Origin: a virus
Lineage: Duplodnaviria > Heunggongvirae > Uroviricota > Caudoviricetes
Length of the DNA: 31,446 nucleotides
Virus record (IMG/VR): IMGVR_UViG_2872698443_000005
Reading direction: 5' to 3' (one strand)
Shown here piece after piece: positions 17,647-27,219 of this stretch. Within the stretch, counting starts at the first letter, position 1. Each line of letters starts with the position of its first letter. The notes under the pieces were generated by a model. It saw only the letters and a list, made by a program, of their open reading frames with translations. It did not search any database and was not told the origin of the DNA. Position numbers and translations under genes: made by a program.

Positions 17647-20600
17647 TTTGGGGATTGATGCGGCAGAGTTTAAAAATGAAATTCCCCGTATCAAAAACCT
17701 TCTGAATGGTGCAGCCAGCGATGCAGAACGGTCTTCTGCCCGTATGCAGCGTTTTATGGAGCGTCAGACTCAGGCCGCCCGGCAGACAACGCAGGCAGCT
17801 TCTTCGGCTGCAACAGCCGCATCCGTCCATGCGCAGACGGTGGAGAAGAACGCACAGGCTCATGAACGCATGGCCCGCGAGGTGGAGAAAACCCGCCAGC
17901 GCATGGAGGCACTGAGCCAGAAAATGCGCGAGGAACAGGCGCAGGCCATGGCTCTGGCGGAGGCTCAGGATAAAGCGGCTGCTGCGTTTTATCGTCAGAT
18001 TGACAGTGTGAAACAGGCCAGTGCGGGGCTGCAGGAATTACAGCGTATTCAGCAGCAGATCCGACAGGCCAGAAACAGTGGCGGGATTGGTCAGCAGGAT
18101 TATCTGGCGCTGATTTCTGAGGTTACGGCGAAAACCCGTGTTCTTACGCAGGCTGAGGAAGAGGCTACCCGACAGAAAGTGGCGTTTATCCGTCAGCTTA
18201 AAGAGCAGGCAACCCGCCAGAATCTTTCTTCTTCTGAGTTGCTTCGTGCTAAGGCTGCCCAGCTGGGGGTAAGCAGTGCTGCAGAAGTGTATATCCGCAA
18301 AATGGAGCAGGCAGGAAAAGCCACGCATTCGCTGGGTCTGAAAAGTGCAGCGGCCCGCCAGGAGATAGGCGTTCTGATAGGTGAACTGGCCCGCGGCAAT
18401 TTAGGGGCGCTGAGGGGATCCGGGATAACGCTGGCTAACCGTGCCGGATGGATAGACACTCTGATGTCACCGAAAGGCATGATGCTTGGCGGGGTTATTG
18501 GCGGTATTGCCGCGTCCGTCTATGGTCTGGGTAAAGCCTGGTATGACGGTCAGAAGGAGGGGGAAGAATTTAACCGCCAGTTGTCGCTGACGGGGCATTA
18601 TGCCGGAGTCACTGCCGGGCAGCTGTGGACGCTCAGTCGTGCTATTTCCGGGAATGGTATCACGCAACATGCTGCAGCCGGTGTGCTGGCTCAGGTGGTG
18701 GGGAGTGGTGCATTTCGTGGAAACGATATCGGTATGGTGGCGAGAGCTGCCGCACAGATGGAGCGATCGGTTGGCCAGTCGGTCAGCGATACCATAAATC
18801 AGTTTAAGCGGCTGAAGGATGATCCTGTAAATGCCGCGAAGGCTCTGGACAATGAGCTGCATTTTCTTACTGCCACTCAGCTTGAGCAGATACGTGTCCT
18901 TGGGGATCAGGGACGGTCCAGTGATGCTGCACGGATAGCCATGTCTGCACTGGCAGAGGAAACCGATCGGCGTACTGCGGATATTGATAATAACCTCAAT
19001 GCGCTTGGCAGTACGCTGAAGTATCTGTCTGATTTGTGGAGTCGTTTCTGGGATGCGGCCATGAATATTGGTCGTGAAGACTCGCTGGATGAACAGATTG
19101 CCGCTTTACAGGAGAAAGTGTCGCGGGCGAAAAGACTCCCCTGGACGGCATCATCTTCTCAGGTTGAATACGATCAGCAGCGTCTTAACGATCTTCAGGA
19201 GAAAAAACGCCAGAAGGATTTGCAGGATGCAAAAGAGCAGGCAGAGCGGAATTATCAGGAGCAACAGAAACGACGTAATGCTGAAAATGCTGCACTGAAC
19301 CGGATGAATGAAACGGAAGCAGCACGACATCAGCGTGAAATTGCGCGTATTAATTCCATGCAGTACGCCGATCAGGCTGTCAGGGATGCAGCGATACAAC
19401 GTGAAAATGAACGTTACGAGAAAGCCCTGGCATCCGGTAAGAAAAAAACACGCGAAACCCGTAATGATGAGGCCACCCGGTTATTGCTGCAGTACAGTCA
19501 GCAACAGGCACAGGTGGAAGGACAGATTGCTGTTGCAAGACAGTCAGCAGGCATTGCCACTGAAAAGATGACAGAAGCGCATAAACAGCTTCTGGCTCTG
19601 CAGCAGCGCATCAGCGATCTGGACGGGAAAAAACTGACGGCAGATGAAAAGAGTGTGCTGGCCCGTAAAGATGAACTGATTCAGGCACTGACGCTGCTGG
19701 ATGTAAAACAGCAGGAGCTTCAGAAACAGACGGCACTCAACGATCTGAAGAAAAAAACAATTCAGCTGACCAGTCAACTGGCTGAAGAAGAGCTCGCTCA
19801 GCGTCAGCAACATGACCTGGATATCGCCACGGTGGGTATGGGTGATCAGCAGCGGCAGCGATATCAGGTACAACTGAGTCTTCGCCAGAAATACCAGCAA
19901 CAGCTGGAGCAGTTGAGGCGGGATAGTGAGCAGAAAGGGACATATAACACGGATGACTACAGAAAGGCCGAGCAGGCGCTGACGGAGAGCCTGAACCGAC
20001 AACTGAATGAGAATCGCCGTTACTGGCAACAGCTTGAAGTTGTGCAGGGTAACTGGAAAAACGGAGTCCTGCGTGCATTTCAGGATTTTACCGTGGATGC
20101 AGACAATACGGCAGGAACAGCAGAACAGGTGTTCTCGTCAGCCTTCAGCAACATGGGAAATGGCCTGGCAACTTTTGTCACTACCGGCAAACTCAACTTC
20201 AAATCCTTCACCTCTTCGGTGCTGTCAGATATGGCGAAAATCCTGGCGCAGGCAACCATGATGAAATCGATAAAAGGGATTGGCAGTGTACTGGGATTTG
20301 ATCTCAGCAGCCTTTCCCTGAATGCCAATGGGGGGATTTATCAGTCTGCTGATTTGAGTCGTTACAGTGGCACGGTGGTTAACCGTCCGACGTTTTTTGC
20401 TTTTGCAAAAGGCGCGGGTGTGATGGGGGAAGCGGGACCTGAAGCCATTCTGCCATTGCGTCGTGGTGCTGACGGTAAGCTGGGGGTTGTGGCGGATATT
20501 GGGGGTTCAGGTATGGCGATGTTTTCCCCGCAGTACAACATCGAGATCAATAACGATGGCACGAACGGGCAGATAGGTCCGGCTGCCCTGAAGGCGGTTT

Positions 20601-20683
20601 ATGACCTCGGGAAAAAAGCGGCAGCGGACTTTATGCAACAGCAGGCCCGTGATGGTGGTCGGTTAAGTGGAGCATATCGGTAA
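17618..20683 (+). CDS. H: Tail tape measure protein H (lambda gpH homologue), 1021 aa
   Basis: Long coiled-coil-rich ORF; C-terminal ..INNDGTNGQIGPAALKAVYD..RDGG matches the recalled lambda H C-terminus; RBS ggagg. Confidence 0.9.
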   Translation: MDQIANLVIDLGIDAAEFKNEIPRIKNLLNGAASDAERSSARMQRFMERQTQAARQTTQAASSAATAASVHAQTVEKNAQAHERMAREVEKTRQRMEALSQKMREEQAQAMALAEAQDKAAAAFYRQIDSVKQASAGLQELQRIQQQIRQARNSGGIGQQDYLALISEVTAKTRVLTQAEEEATRQKVAFIRQLKEQATRQNLSSSELLRAKAAQLGVSSAAEVYIRKMEQAGKATHSLGLKSAAARQEIGVLIGELARGNLGALRGSGITLANRAGWIDTLMSPKGMMLGGVIGGIAASVYGLGKAWYDGQKEGEEFNRQLSLTGHYAGVTAGQLWTLSRAISGNGITQHAAAGVLAQVVGSGAFRGNDIGMVARAAAQMERSVGQSVSDTINQFKRLKDDPVNAAKALDNELHFLTATQLEQIRVLGDQGRSSDAARIAMSALAEETDRRTADIDNNLNALGSTLKYLSDLWSRFWDAAMNIGREDSLDEQIAALQEKVSRAKRLPWTASSSQVEYDQQRLNDLQEKKRQKDLQDAKEQAERNYQEQQKRRNAENAALNRMNETEAARHQREIARINSMQYADQAVRDAAIQRENERYEKALASGKKKTRETRNDEATRLLLQYSQQQAQVEGQIAVARQSAGIATEKMTEAHKQLLALQQRISDLDGKKLTADEKSVLARKDELIQALTLLDVKQQELQKQTALNDLKKKTIQLTSQLAEEELAQRQQHDLDIATVGMGDQQRQRYQVQLSLRQKYQQQLEQLRRDSEQKGTYNTDDYRKAEQALTESLNRQLNENRRYWQQLEVVQGNWKNGVLRAFQDFTVDADNTAGTAEQVFSSAFSNMGNGLATFVTTGKLNFKSFTSSVLSDMAKILAQATMMKSIKGIGSVLGFDLSSLSLNANGGIYQSADLSRYSGTVVNRPTFFAFAKGAGVMGEAGPEAILPLRRGADGKLGVVADIGGSGMAMFSPQYNIEINNDGTNGQIGPAALKAVYDLGKKAAADFMQQQARDGGRLSGAYR

Positions 20684-21012
20684 TGGAGACGTTTCACTGG
20701 AAAGTGCGCCCGGATATGAATGTGGTATCAGAGCCGAAAGTGGTGACAGTGAAGCTGGGCGATGGTTATGAACAGCGTCGTGCGGCGGGACTGAATAACC
20801 AGTTGTCGACTTACAGCGTGACGATACGTGTTCGTAAATGTGAACACCCATCTTTAAAAGCCTTTCTGGAACGGCACGGTGGCGTCCGTGCATTTCAGTG
20901 GACGCCACCTTATGACTGGAAACCGATCAGGGTGGTTTGTCGTAAATGGTCGGCAAGCGTGGGGGCGCTGTGGGTAACCATAACGGCAGATTTTGAACAG
21001 GTCGTGGCATAG
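20683..21012 (+). CDS. M: Minor tail protein M (lambda gpM homologue)
   Basis: 109 aa; start overlaps the H stop (TAATG). Confidence 0.9.
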   Translation: METFHWKVRPDMNVVSEPKVVTVKLGDGYEQRRAAGLNNQLSTYSVTIRVRKCEHPSLKAFLERHGGVRAFQWTPPYDWKPIRVVCRKWSASVGALWVTITADFEQVVA

Positions 21013-21021
21013 GAGGCTCTG

Positions 21022-21720
21022 ATGCAGGATATTCCACAGGAAACACATCATGAGACGACACGCCTCACTCAGTCAGCCCAGGTGGTGCTATGGGAAATCG
21101 ATCTGACAGAGGTCGGTGGTGAACGTTATTTTTTCTGTAATGAGCAGAACGAAAAAGGTGAGCCGGTTATCTGGCAGGGGCGGCAGTATCAGGTATACCC
21201 CATTCAGGGGACGGGATTTGAACTGAACGGCAAGGGCAGTGCTGCCCGTCCGACACTGACGGTTTCTAACCTGCACGGCATGGTCACCGGGATGGCGGAA
21301 GACCTGCAGAGTCTGGTCGGAGGAACGGTGGTCCGGCGTAAGGTTTACGCCCGTTTTCTGGATGCGGTGAACTTCGTCAACGGAAACAGTGACGCCGATC
21401 CGGAGCAGGAGGTGATCAGCCGCTGGCGCATCGAGCAGTGCAGCGAACTGAGCGCGGTGAGTGCCTCTTTTGTACTGTCCACGCCGACGGAAACGGACGG
21501 TGCTGTTTTTCCGGGACGTATCATGCTGGCCAACACCTGCACCTGGACCTATCGCGGTGATGAGTGCGGTTATCACGGTCCGGCAGTCGCGGATGAATAT
21601 GACCAGCCAACGTCCGATATCACGAAGGATAAATGCAGCAAATGCCTGAGCGGTTGTAAGTTCCGCAATAACGTCGGCAACTTTGGCGGCTTCCTTTCCA
21701 TTAACAAACTTTCGCAGTAA
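21022..21720 (+). CDS. L: Minor tail protein L (lambda gpL homologue)
   Basis: 232 aa; RBS aggagg; conserved C-terminal Cys cluster (..CSKCLSGCKF..). Confidence 0.9.
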   Translation: MQDIPQETHHETTRLTQSAQVVLWEIDLTEVGGERYFFCNEQNEKGEPVIWQGRQYQVYPIQGTGFELNGKGSAARPTLTVSNLHGMVTGMAEDLQSLVGGTVVRRKVYARFLDAVNFVNGNSDADPEQEVISRWRIEQCSELSAVSASFVLSTPTETDGAVFPGRIMLANTCTWTYRGDECGYHGPAVADEYDQPTSDITKDKCSKCLSGCKFRNNVGNFGGFLSINKLSQ

Positions 21721-21725
21721 ATCCC

Positions 21726-22468
21726 ATGACACAGACAGAATCAGCGATTCTGGCGCACGCCCGGCGATGTGCGCCAGCGGAGTCGTGCGGCTTCGTGGTG
21801 AGAGCGCCGGAGGGGAAAGATATTTTCCCGGCGTGAATATTTCCGGTGAGCCGGAGGATTATTTCCGGATGGCTCCGGAGGACTGGCTGCAGGCAGAAAT
21901 GCAGGGTGAGATTGTGGCGCTGGTCCACAGCCACCCCGGTGGTCTGCCCTGGCTGAGTGAGGCTGACCGGCGGCTGCAGGTGCAGAGTGATTTGCCGTGG
22001 TGGCTGGTCTGCCGGGGGGCGATTCATAAGTTCCGCTGTGTGCCGCATCTCACCGGGCGGCGCTTTGAGCACGGGGTGACGGACTGTTACACGCTGTTCC
22101 GGGATGCTTATCATCTGGCGGGGATTGAGATGCCGGATTTTCATCGCGAGGATGACTGGTGGCGTCACGGTCAGAATCTCTATCTGGATAATCTGGAGGC
22201 CACAGGGCTGTATCAGGTGCCGTTGTCAGCGGCGCAGCCGGGCGATGTGCTGCTGTGCTGTTTTGGTTCATCGGTGCCGAATCATGCCGCCATTTACTGT
22301 GGTGACGGTGAGCTGCTGCACCATATTCCTGAACAACTGAGTAAACGAGAGAGGTACACCGACAAATGGCAGCGACGCACACACTCCCTCTGGCGTCACC
22401 GGGAATGGCACGCATCTGCCTTTACGGGGATTTACAACGATTTGGCCGCCGCATCGACCTTCGTGTGA
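21726..22468 (+). pseudogene. K: Tail protein K (lambda gpK homologue; JAB/MPN and NlpC/P60-like motifs), reading frame broken near 21812-21815
   Basis: The ATG at 21726 encodes MTQTESAILAHARRCAPAESCGFVV... and stops at 21834-21836 after 36 codons. The rest (..GERYFPGVNISGEPE...HSHPGG...DCYTLF...) continues in the -1 frame to 22468. The switch lies at a GGGG run (21812-21815) and is consistent with one missing G. Confidence 0.85.
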
Positions 22469-23013
22469 AAACGGGGGCTGAAGCCATCCGCGCACTGGCC
22501 ACACAGCTCCCGGCGTTTCGTCAGAAACTGAGCGACGGCTGGTATCAGGTACGGATTGCCGGGCGTGATGCAGGTGAAACCGAATTGTCTGCCCGTCTTA
22601 ATGAGCCGCTGGCAAATGGTGCCGTGATCCACATCGTGCCGCGTCTGGCGGGAGCTAAAAGTGGCGGTGTGTTTCAGGTGGTGCTGGGGGCGGCGCTGAT
22701 TGCGGTGGCATGGTGGAACCCTGTGGGCTGGCTGGGTGCCGCGGCTGTATCGGGCATGTATGCGGCAGGGGCCAGTATGATCCTAGGCGGAGTGGCGCAG
22801 ATGCTGGCACCGAAAGCCAGGACGCCCACGGCAGCAAGTACAGATAACGGCAAACAGAACACCTATTTCTCCTCACTGGATAACATGGTTGCCCAGGGCA
22901 ATGTTCTGCCTGTTCTGTACGGGGAAATGCGCGTGGGGTCACGCGTGGTTTCTCAGGAGATCAGCACGGCAGACGAAGGGGACGGTGGTCAGGTTGTGGT
23001 GATTGGTCGCTGA
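22366..23013 (+). CDS. I: Tail assembly protein I (lambda gpI homologue)
   Basis: 215 aa; N-terminus MAATHTLPLASPGMARICLYGDLQRFGRRIDLRVKTGAEAIRALATQLPAF as recalled for lambda I; overlaps the K 3' end. Confidence 0.9.
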   Translation: MAATHTLPLASPGMARICLYGDLQRFGRRIDLRVKTGAEAIRALATQLPAFRQKLSDGWYQVRIAGRDAGETELSARLNEPLANGAVIHIVPRLAGAKSGGVFQVVLGAALIAVAWWNPVGWLGAAAVSGMYAAGASMILGGVAQMLAPKARTPTAASTDNGKQNTYFSSLDNMVAQGNVLPVLYGEMRVGSRVVSQEISTADEGDGGQVVVIGR

Positions 23014-23073
23014 TGCAAAATGTTTTATGTGAAACCGCCTGCGGGCGGTTTTGTCATTTATGGAGCGTGAGGA

Positions 23074-26000
23074 ATGGGTAAAGGAAGCAGTAAGGGGCAT
23101 ACCCCGCGCGAAGCGAAGGACAACCTGAAGTCCACGCAGTTGCTGAGTGTGATCGATGCCATCAGCGAAGGGCCGGTTGAAGGTCCGGTGGATGGATTAA
23201 AAAGCGTGCTGCTGAACAGTACGCCGGTGCTGGACAGTGAGGGGAATACCAACATCTCCGGCGTCACGGTGGTGTTCCGGGCAGGTGAGCAGGAGCAGAC
23301 ACCGCCGGAAGGTTTTGAATCCTCCGGCTCCGAGACTGTGCTGGGTACGGAAGTGAAATATGACACGCCGATCACCCGCACCATCACGTCGGCAAACATC
23401 GACCGTCTGCGCTTTACCTTCGGTGTGCAGGCACTGGTGGAAACCACCTCAAAGGGTGACCGGAATCCGTCGGAAGTCCGCCTGCTGGTTCAGATACAAC
23501 GTAACGGTGGCTGGGTGACGGAAAAAGATATCACCATTAAGGGCAAAACCACCTCGCAGTATCTGGCCTCGGTGGTGGTGGATAACCTGCCGCCGCGCCC
23601 GTTTAATATCCGGATGCGCAGAATGACGCCGGACAGCACCACAGACCAGCTGCAGAACAAAACGCTCTGGTCGTCATACACCGAAATCATCGATGTGAAA
23701 CAGTGCTACCCGAACACGGCACTGGTCGGCGTGCAGGTGGATTCGGAGCAGTTCGGCAGCCAGCAGGTGAGCCGTAATTATCATCTTCGCGGGCGCATTC
23801 TGCAGGTGCCGTCGAATTATAACCCGCAGACGCGGCAATACAGCGGTATCTGGGACGGAACGTTAAAACCGGCATACAGCAACAACATGGCCTGGTGTCT
23901 GTGGGATATGCTGACCCACCCGCGCTACGGCATGGGGAAACGTCTTGGTGCGGCAGATGTGGATAAATGGGCGCTGTATGTCATCGGCCAGAATTGCGAC
24001 CAGTCGGTGCCGGACGGCTTTGGCGGTACGGAGCCGCGCATCACCTGTAACGCTTACCTGACCACACAACGTAAGGCGTGGGATGTGCTCAGTGATTTCT
24101 GCTCGGCGATGCGCTGTATGCCGGTATGGAACGGGCAGACGCTGACGTTCGTGCAGGACCGACCGTCGGATAAGGTGTGGACCTATAACCGCAGTAATGT
24201 GGTGATGCCGGATGATGGCGCGCCGTTCCGCTACAGCTTCAGCGCCCTGAAAGACCGCCATAATGCCGTTGAGGTGAACTGGATTGACCCGGATAACGGC
24301 TGGGAGACGGCAACAGAGCTTGTGGAGGACTCGCAGGCCATTGCCCGTTACGGTCGTAATGTCACGAAGATGGATGCCTTTGGCTGTACCAGCCGGGGCA
24401 GGCACACCGCGCCGGGCTGTGGCTGATTAAAACGGAGCTGCTGGAAACGCAGACGGTGGACTTCAGCGTGGGTGCCGAAGGGCTTCGCCATGTGCCGGGC
24501 GATGTCATTGAAATCTGTGATGATGACTATGCCGGTATCAGCACCGGCGGGCGCGTGCTGGCGGTAAACAGCCAGACCCGGACGCTGACGCTCGACCGTG
24601 AAATCACGCTGCCATCCTCCGGTACCACGCTGATAAGCCTGGTTGACGGAAGTGGCAATCCGGTCAGCGTGGAGGTTCAGTCCGTCACCGACGGCGTGAA
24701 GGTAAAAGTGAGCCGTGTTCCTGACGGCGTTGCCGGATACAGCGTGTGGGGGCTGAAGTTGCCGACGTTGCGCCAGCGCCTGTTCCGCTGTGTGAGTATC
24801 CGTGAGAACAATGACGGCACGTATGCCATCACCGCCGTGCAGCATGTACCGGAAAAAGAAGCCATCGTGGATAACGGGGCGCACTTTGACGGCGACCAGA
24901 GCGGCACGGTGAATGGTGTCACGCCGCCAGCGGTGCAGCACCTGACCGCCGAAGTCACCGCAGACAGTGGGGAGTATCAGGTACTGGCCCGCTGGGACAC
25001 GCCGAAGGTGGTGAAGGGCGTGAGCTTCCTGCTCCGTCTGACCGTAACAGCGGATGACGGCAGTGAGCGGCTGGTCAGCACGGCCCGGACGACGGAAACC
25101 ACATACCGCTTCAGGCAGCTGGCGCTGGGGCGTTACATGCTGACGGTCCGGGCGGTAAATGCGTGGGGACAGCAGGGCGATCCGGCGTCGGTATCGTTCC
25201 GGATTGCCGCACCGGAAGCACCGTCGAGGATTGAGCTGACGCCGGGCTATTTTCAGATAACCGCCACGCCGCATCTTGCCGTTTATGACCCGACGGTACA
25301 GTTTGAGTTCTGGTTCTCGGAAAAGCGGATTACCGATATCAGGCAGGTTGAAACCACAGCCCGCTATCTTGGTACGGCGCTGTACTGGATAGCCGCCAGT
25401 ATCAATATCAAACCGGGCCATGATTATTACTTTTATATCCGCAGTGTGAACACCGTTGGCAAATCGGCATTCGTGGAGACCGTCGGTCGGGCGAGCGATA
25501 ATGCGGAAGGTTACCTGGATTTTTTCAAAGGCAAGATAACCGAATCCCATCTCGGCAAGGAGCTGCTGGAAAAAGTCGAGCTGACGGAGGATAACGCCAG
25601 CAAACTGGAGGAGTTTTCGAAAGAGTGGCAGGACGCTAACGATAAGTGGAATGCCATGTGGGGCGTCAAAATTGAGCAGACCAAAGACGGCAAACATTAT
25701 GTCGCGGGTATTGGCCTCAGCATGGAGGACACGGAGGAAGGCAAACTGAGTCAGTTTCTGGTTGCCGCTAACCGTATCGCATTTATTGACCCGGCAAACG
25801 GGAATGAAACGCCGATGTTTGTGGCGCAGGGCAATCAGATATTCATGAACGACGTGTTCCTGAAGCGCCTGACGGCCCCCACCATTACCAGCGGTGGCAG
25901 TCCTCCGGTATTTTCCCTGACATCAGACGGAAAGCTGACCGCTAAAAATGCGGATATCAGTGGCAGTGTGAATGCGAACGCCGGGACGCTCAACAATGTC

Positions 26001-26486
26001 ACGGTAAATGAAAACTGTACGATTAAGGGCATGCTGGAGGCGACTCAGGTCAGAGGTGACTTCGTTAAAGCTGTATCCAAATCATTTCCGAAACAGGCTG
26101 GTACGTGGGGTAACACGGAAACACCAAACGGGACGGTTACAGTCACCATCAGCGATGATCATAACTTTGACCGTCAAATCATTATTCCGCCCATTATCTT
26201 TAACGGAATAGCGTATAGCGATCCGGGAAGTGGTAATAACCCGGGAGGTACAAGATACACGGGTTATGGTTTTGAAGTTCGCAAAAACGGTGTATTAATC
26301 GCATCCAGAGAAACTAAAGGGGCCATTCCCGGTAGCTACAGTGCGGTTATTGATATGCCGAGTGGCAGGGGAAGCGTCACTCTGGAGTTTAAGGTTTTCC
26401 ATAAAGGCAATCAGTGGGCAGGTAATATCACCGACTGTACGGTGATTGTGACCAAAAAAGCCGCTTCCGGCATCAGTATTCGTTGA
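23074..26486 (+). pseudogene. J: Central tail fibre / host-specificity protein J (lambda gpJ homologue), reading frame broken near 24395-24398
   Basis: Two consecutive ORFs (23074-24426 and 24456-26486) together cover a J-like protein of about 1130 aa. The first stops at 24424-24426; the -1 frame carries on with ..[25 protein letters not shown]... The switch is at a GGGG run (24395-24398), consistent with one missing G. Confidence 0.9.
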
Positions 26487-26506
26487 AATTGTTATAACCC
26501 ATATAA

Positions 26507-26532
26507 GGGCACCAGAAATGGTGCCTTTTTTA
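26507..26532 (+). terminator. Rho-independent terminator after J
   Basis: ggcacc-agaaat-ggtgcc hairpin followed by ttttttat. Confidence 0.6.
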
Positions 26533-26555
26533 TTGCAGAAAAGCGAGAGGTAATT

Positions 26556-27155
26556 ATGCGTAAACTTTATGCCGCCATTTTGTCCGCAGCCATTTGTCTG
26601 GCCGTATCCGGTGCGCCTGCATGGGCGTCTGAACATCAGTCCACGCTGAGCGCGGGGTATCTTCATGCCCGGACGAACGTTCCCGGCAGTGATGATCTGA
26701 ACGGGATTAACGTGAAATACCGTTATGAGTTTACGGACACACTGGGGCTGGTGACGTCATTCAGCTATGCAGGAGACAAGAATCGCCAGCTTACCCGTTA
26801 CAGCGATACCCGCTGGCATGAAGATTCCGTGCGTAACCGCTGGTTCAGCGTGATGGTGGGGCCGTCTGTGCGCGTGAATGAATGGTTCAGCGCGTATGCG
26901 ATGGCGGGTATGGCTTACAGCCGTGTGTCGACTTTCTCCGGGGATTATCTCCGCGTAACTGACAACAAGGGGAAAACGCACGACGTGCTGACCGGAAGTG
27001 ATGACGGTCGCCACAGCAACACGTCTCTGGCGTGGGGAGCTGGCGTGCAGTTTAACCCGACCGAATCCGTGGTCATTGATATTGCTTATGAAGGCTCCGG
27101 CAGTGGCGACTGGCGCACTGACGGTTTCATCGTGGGTGTCGGTTATAAGTTCTGA
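26556..27155 (+). CDS. lom: Lom, outer-membrane beta-barrel protein (Ail/Lom family)
   Basis: 199 aa; signal peptide [24 protein letters not shown]; ..[12 protein letters not shown]... and the C-terminal ..[25 protein letters not shown] match recalled lambda Lom. Confidence 0.9.
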
Positions 27156-27182
27156 TTAGCCAGGTAACACAGTGTTATGACA

Positions 27183-27208
27183 GCCCGCCGGTTCAGGCGG
27201 GCTTTTTT
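27183..27208 (+). terminator. Rho-independent terminator after lom
   Basis: gcccgcc-ggttca-ggcgggc hairpin followed by a run of six T. Confidence 0.65.
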
Positions 27209-27219
27209 GTGGGGTGAAT

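Noticed and set aside
21683-22468. Track ORF 21683-22468 as an independent 261-aa gene starting with MAASFPLTNFRSK.
   Set aside because: Its first 40 or so codons are an out-of-frame reading of the L/K junction; the real content is the frameshifted continuation of K, which begins at the ATG at 21726.
24348-25697. 449-aa minus-strand ORF.
   Set aside because: Antisense to the well-supported J gene; Arg/Pro/Gly-rich composition typical of a shadow ORF in GC-rich coding sequence.
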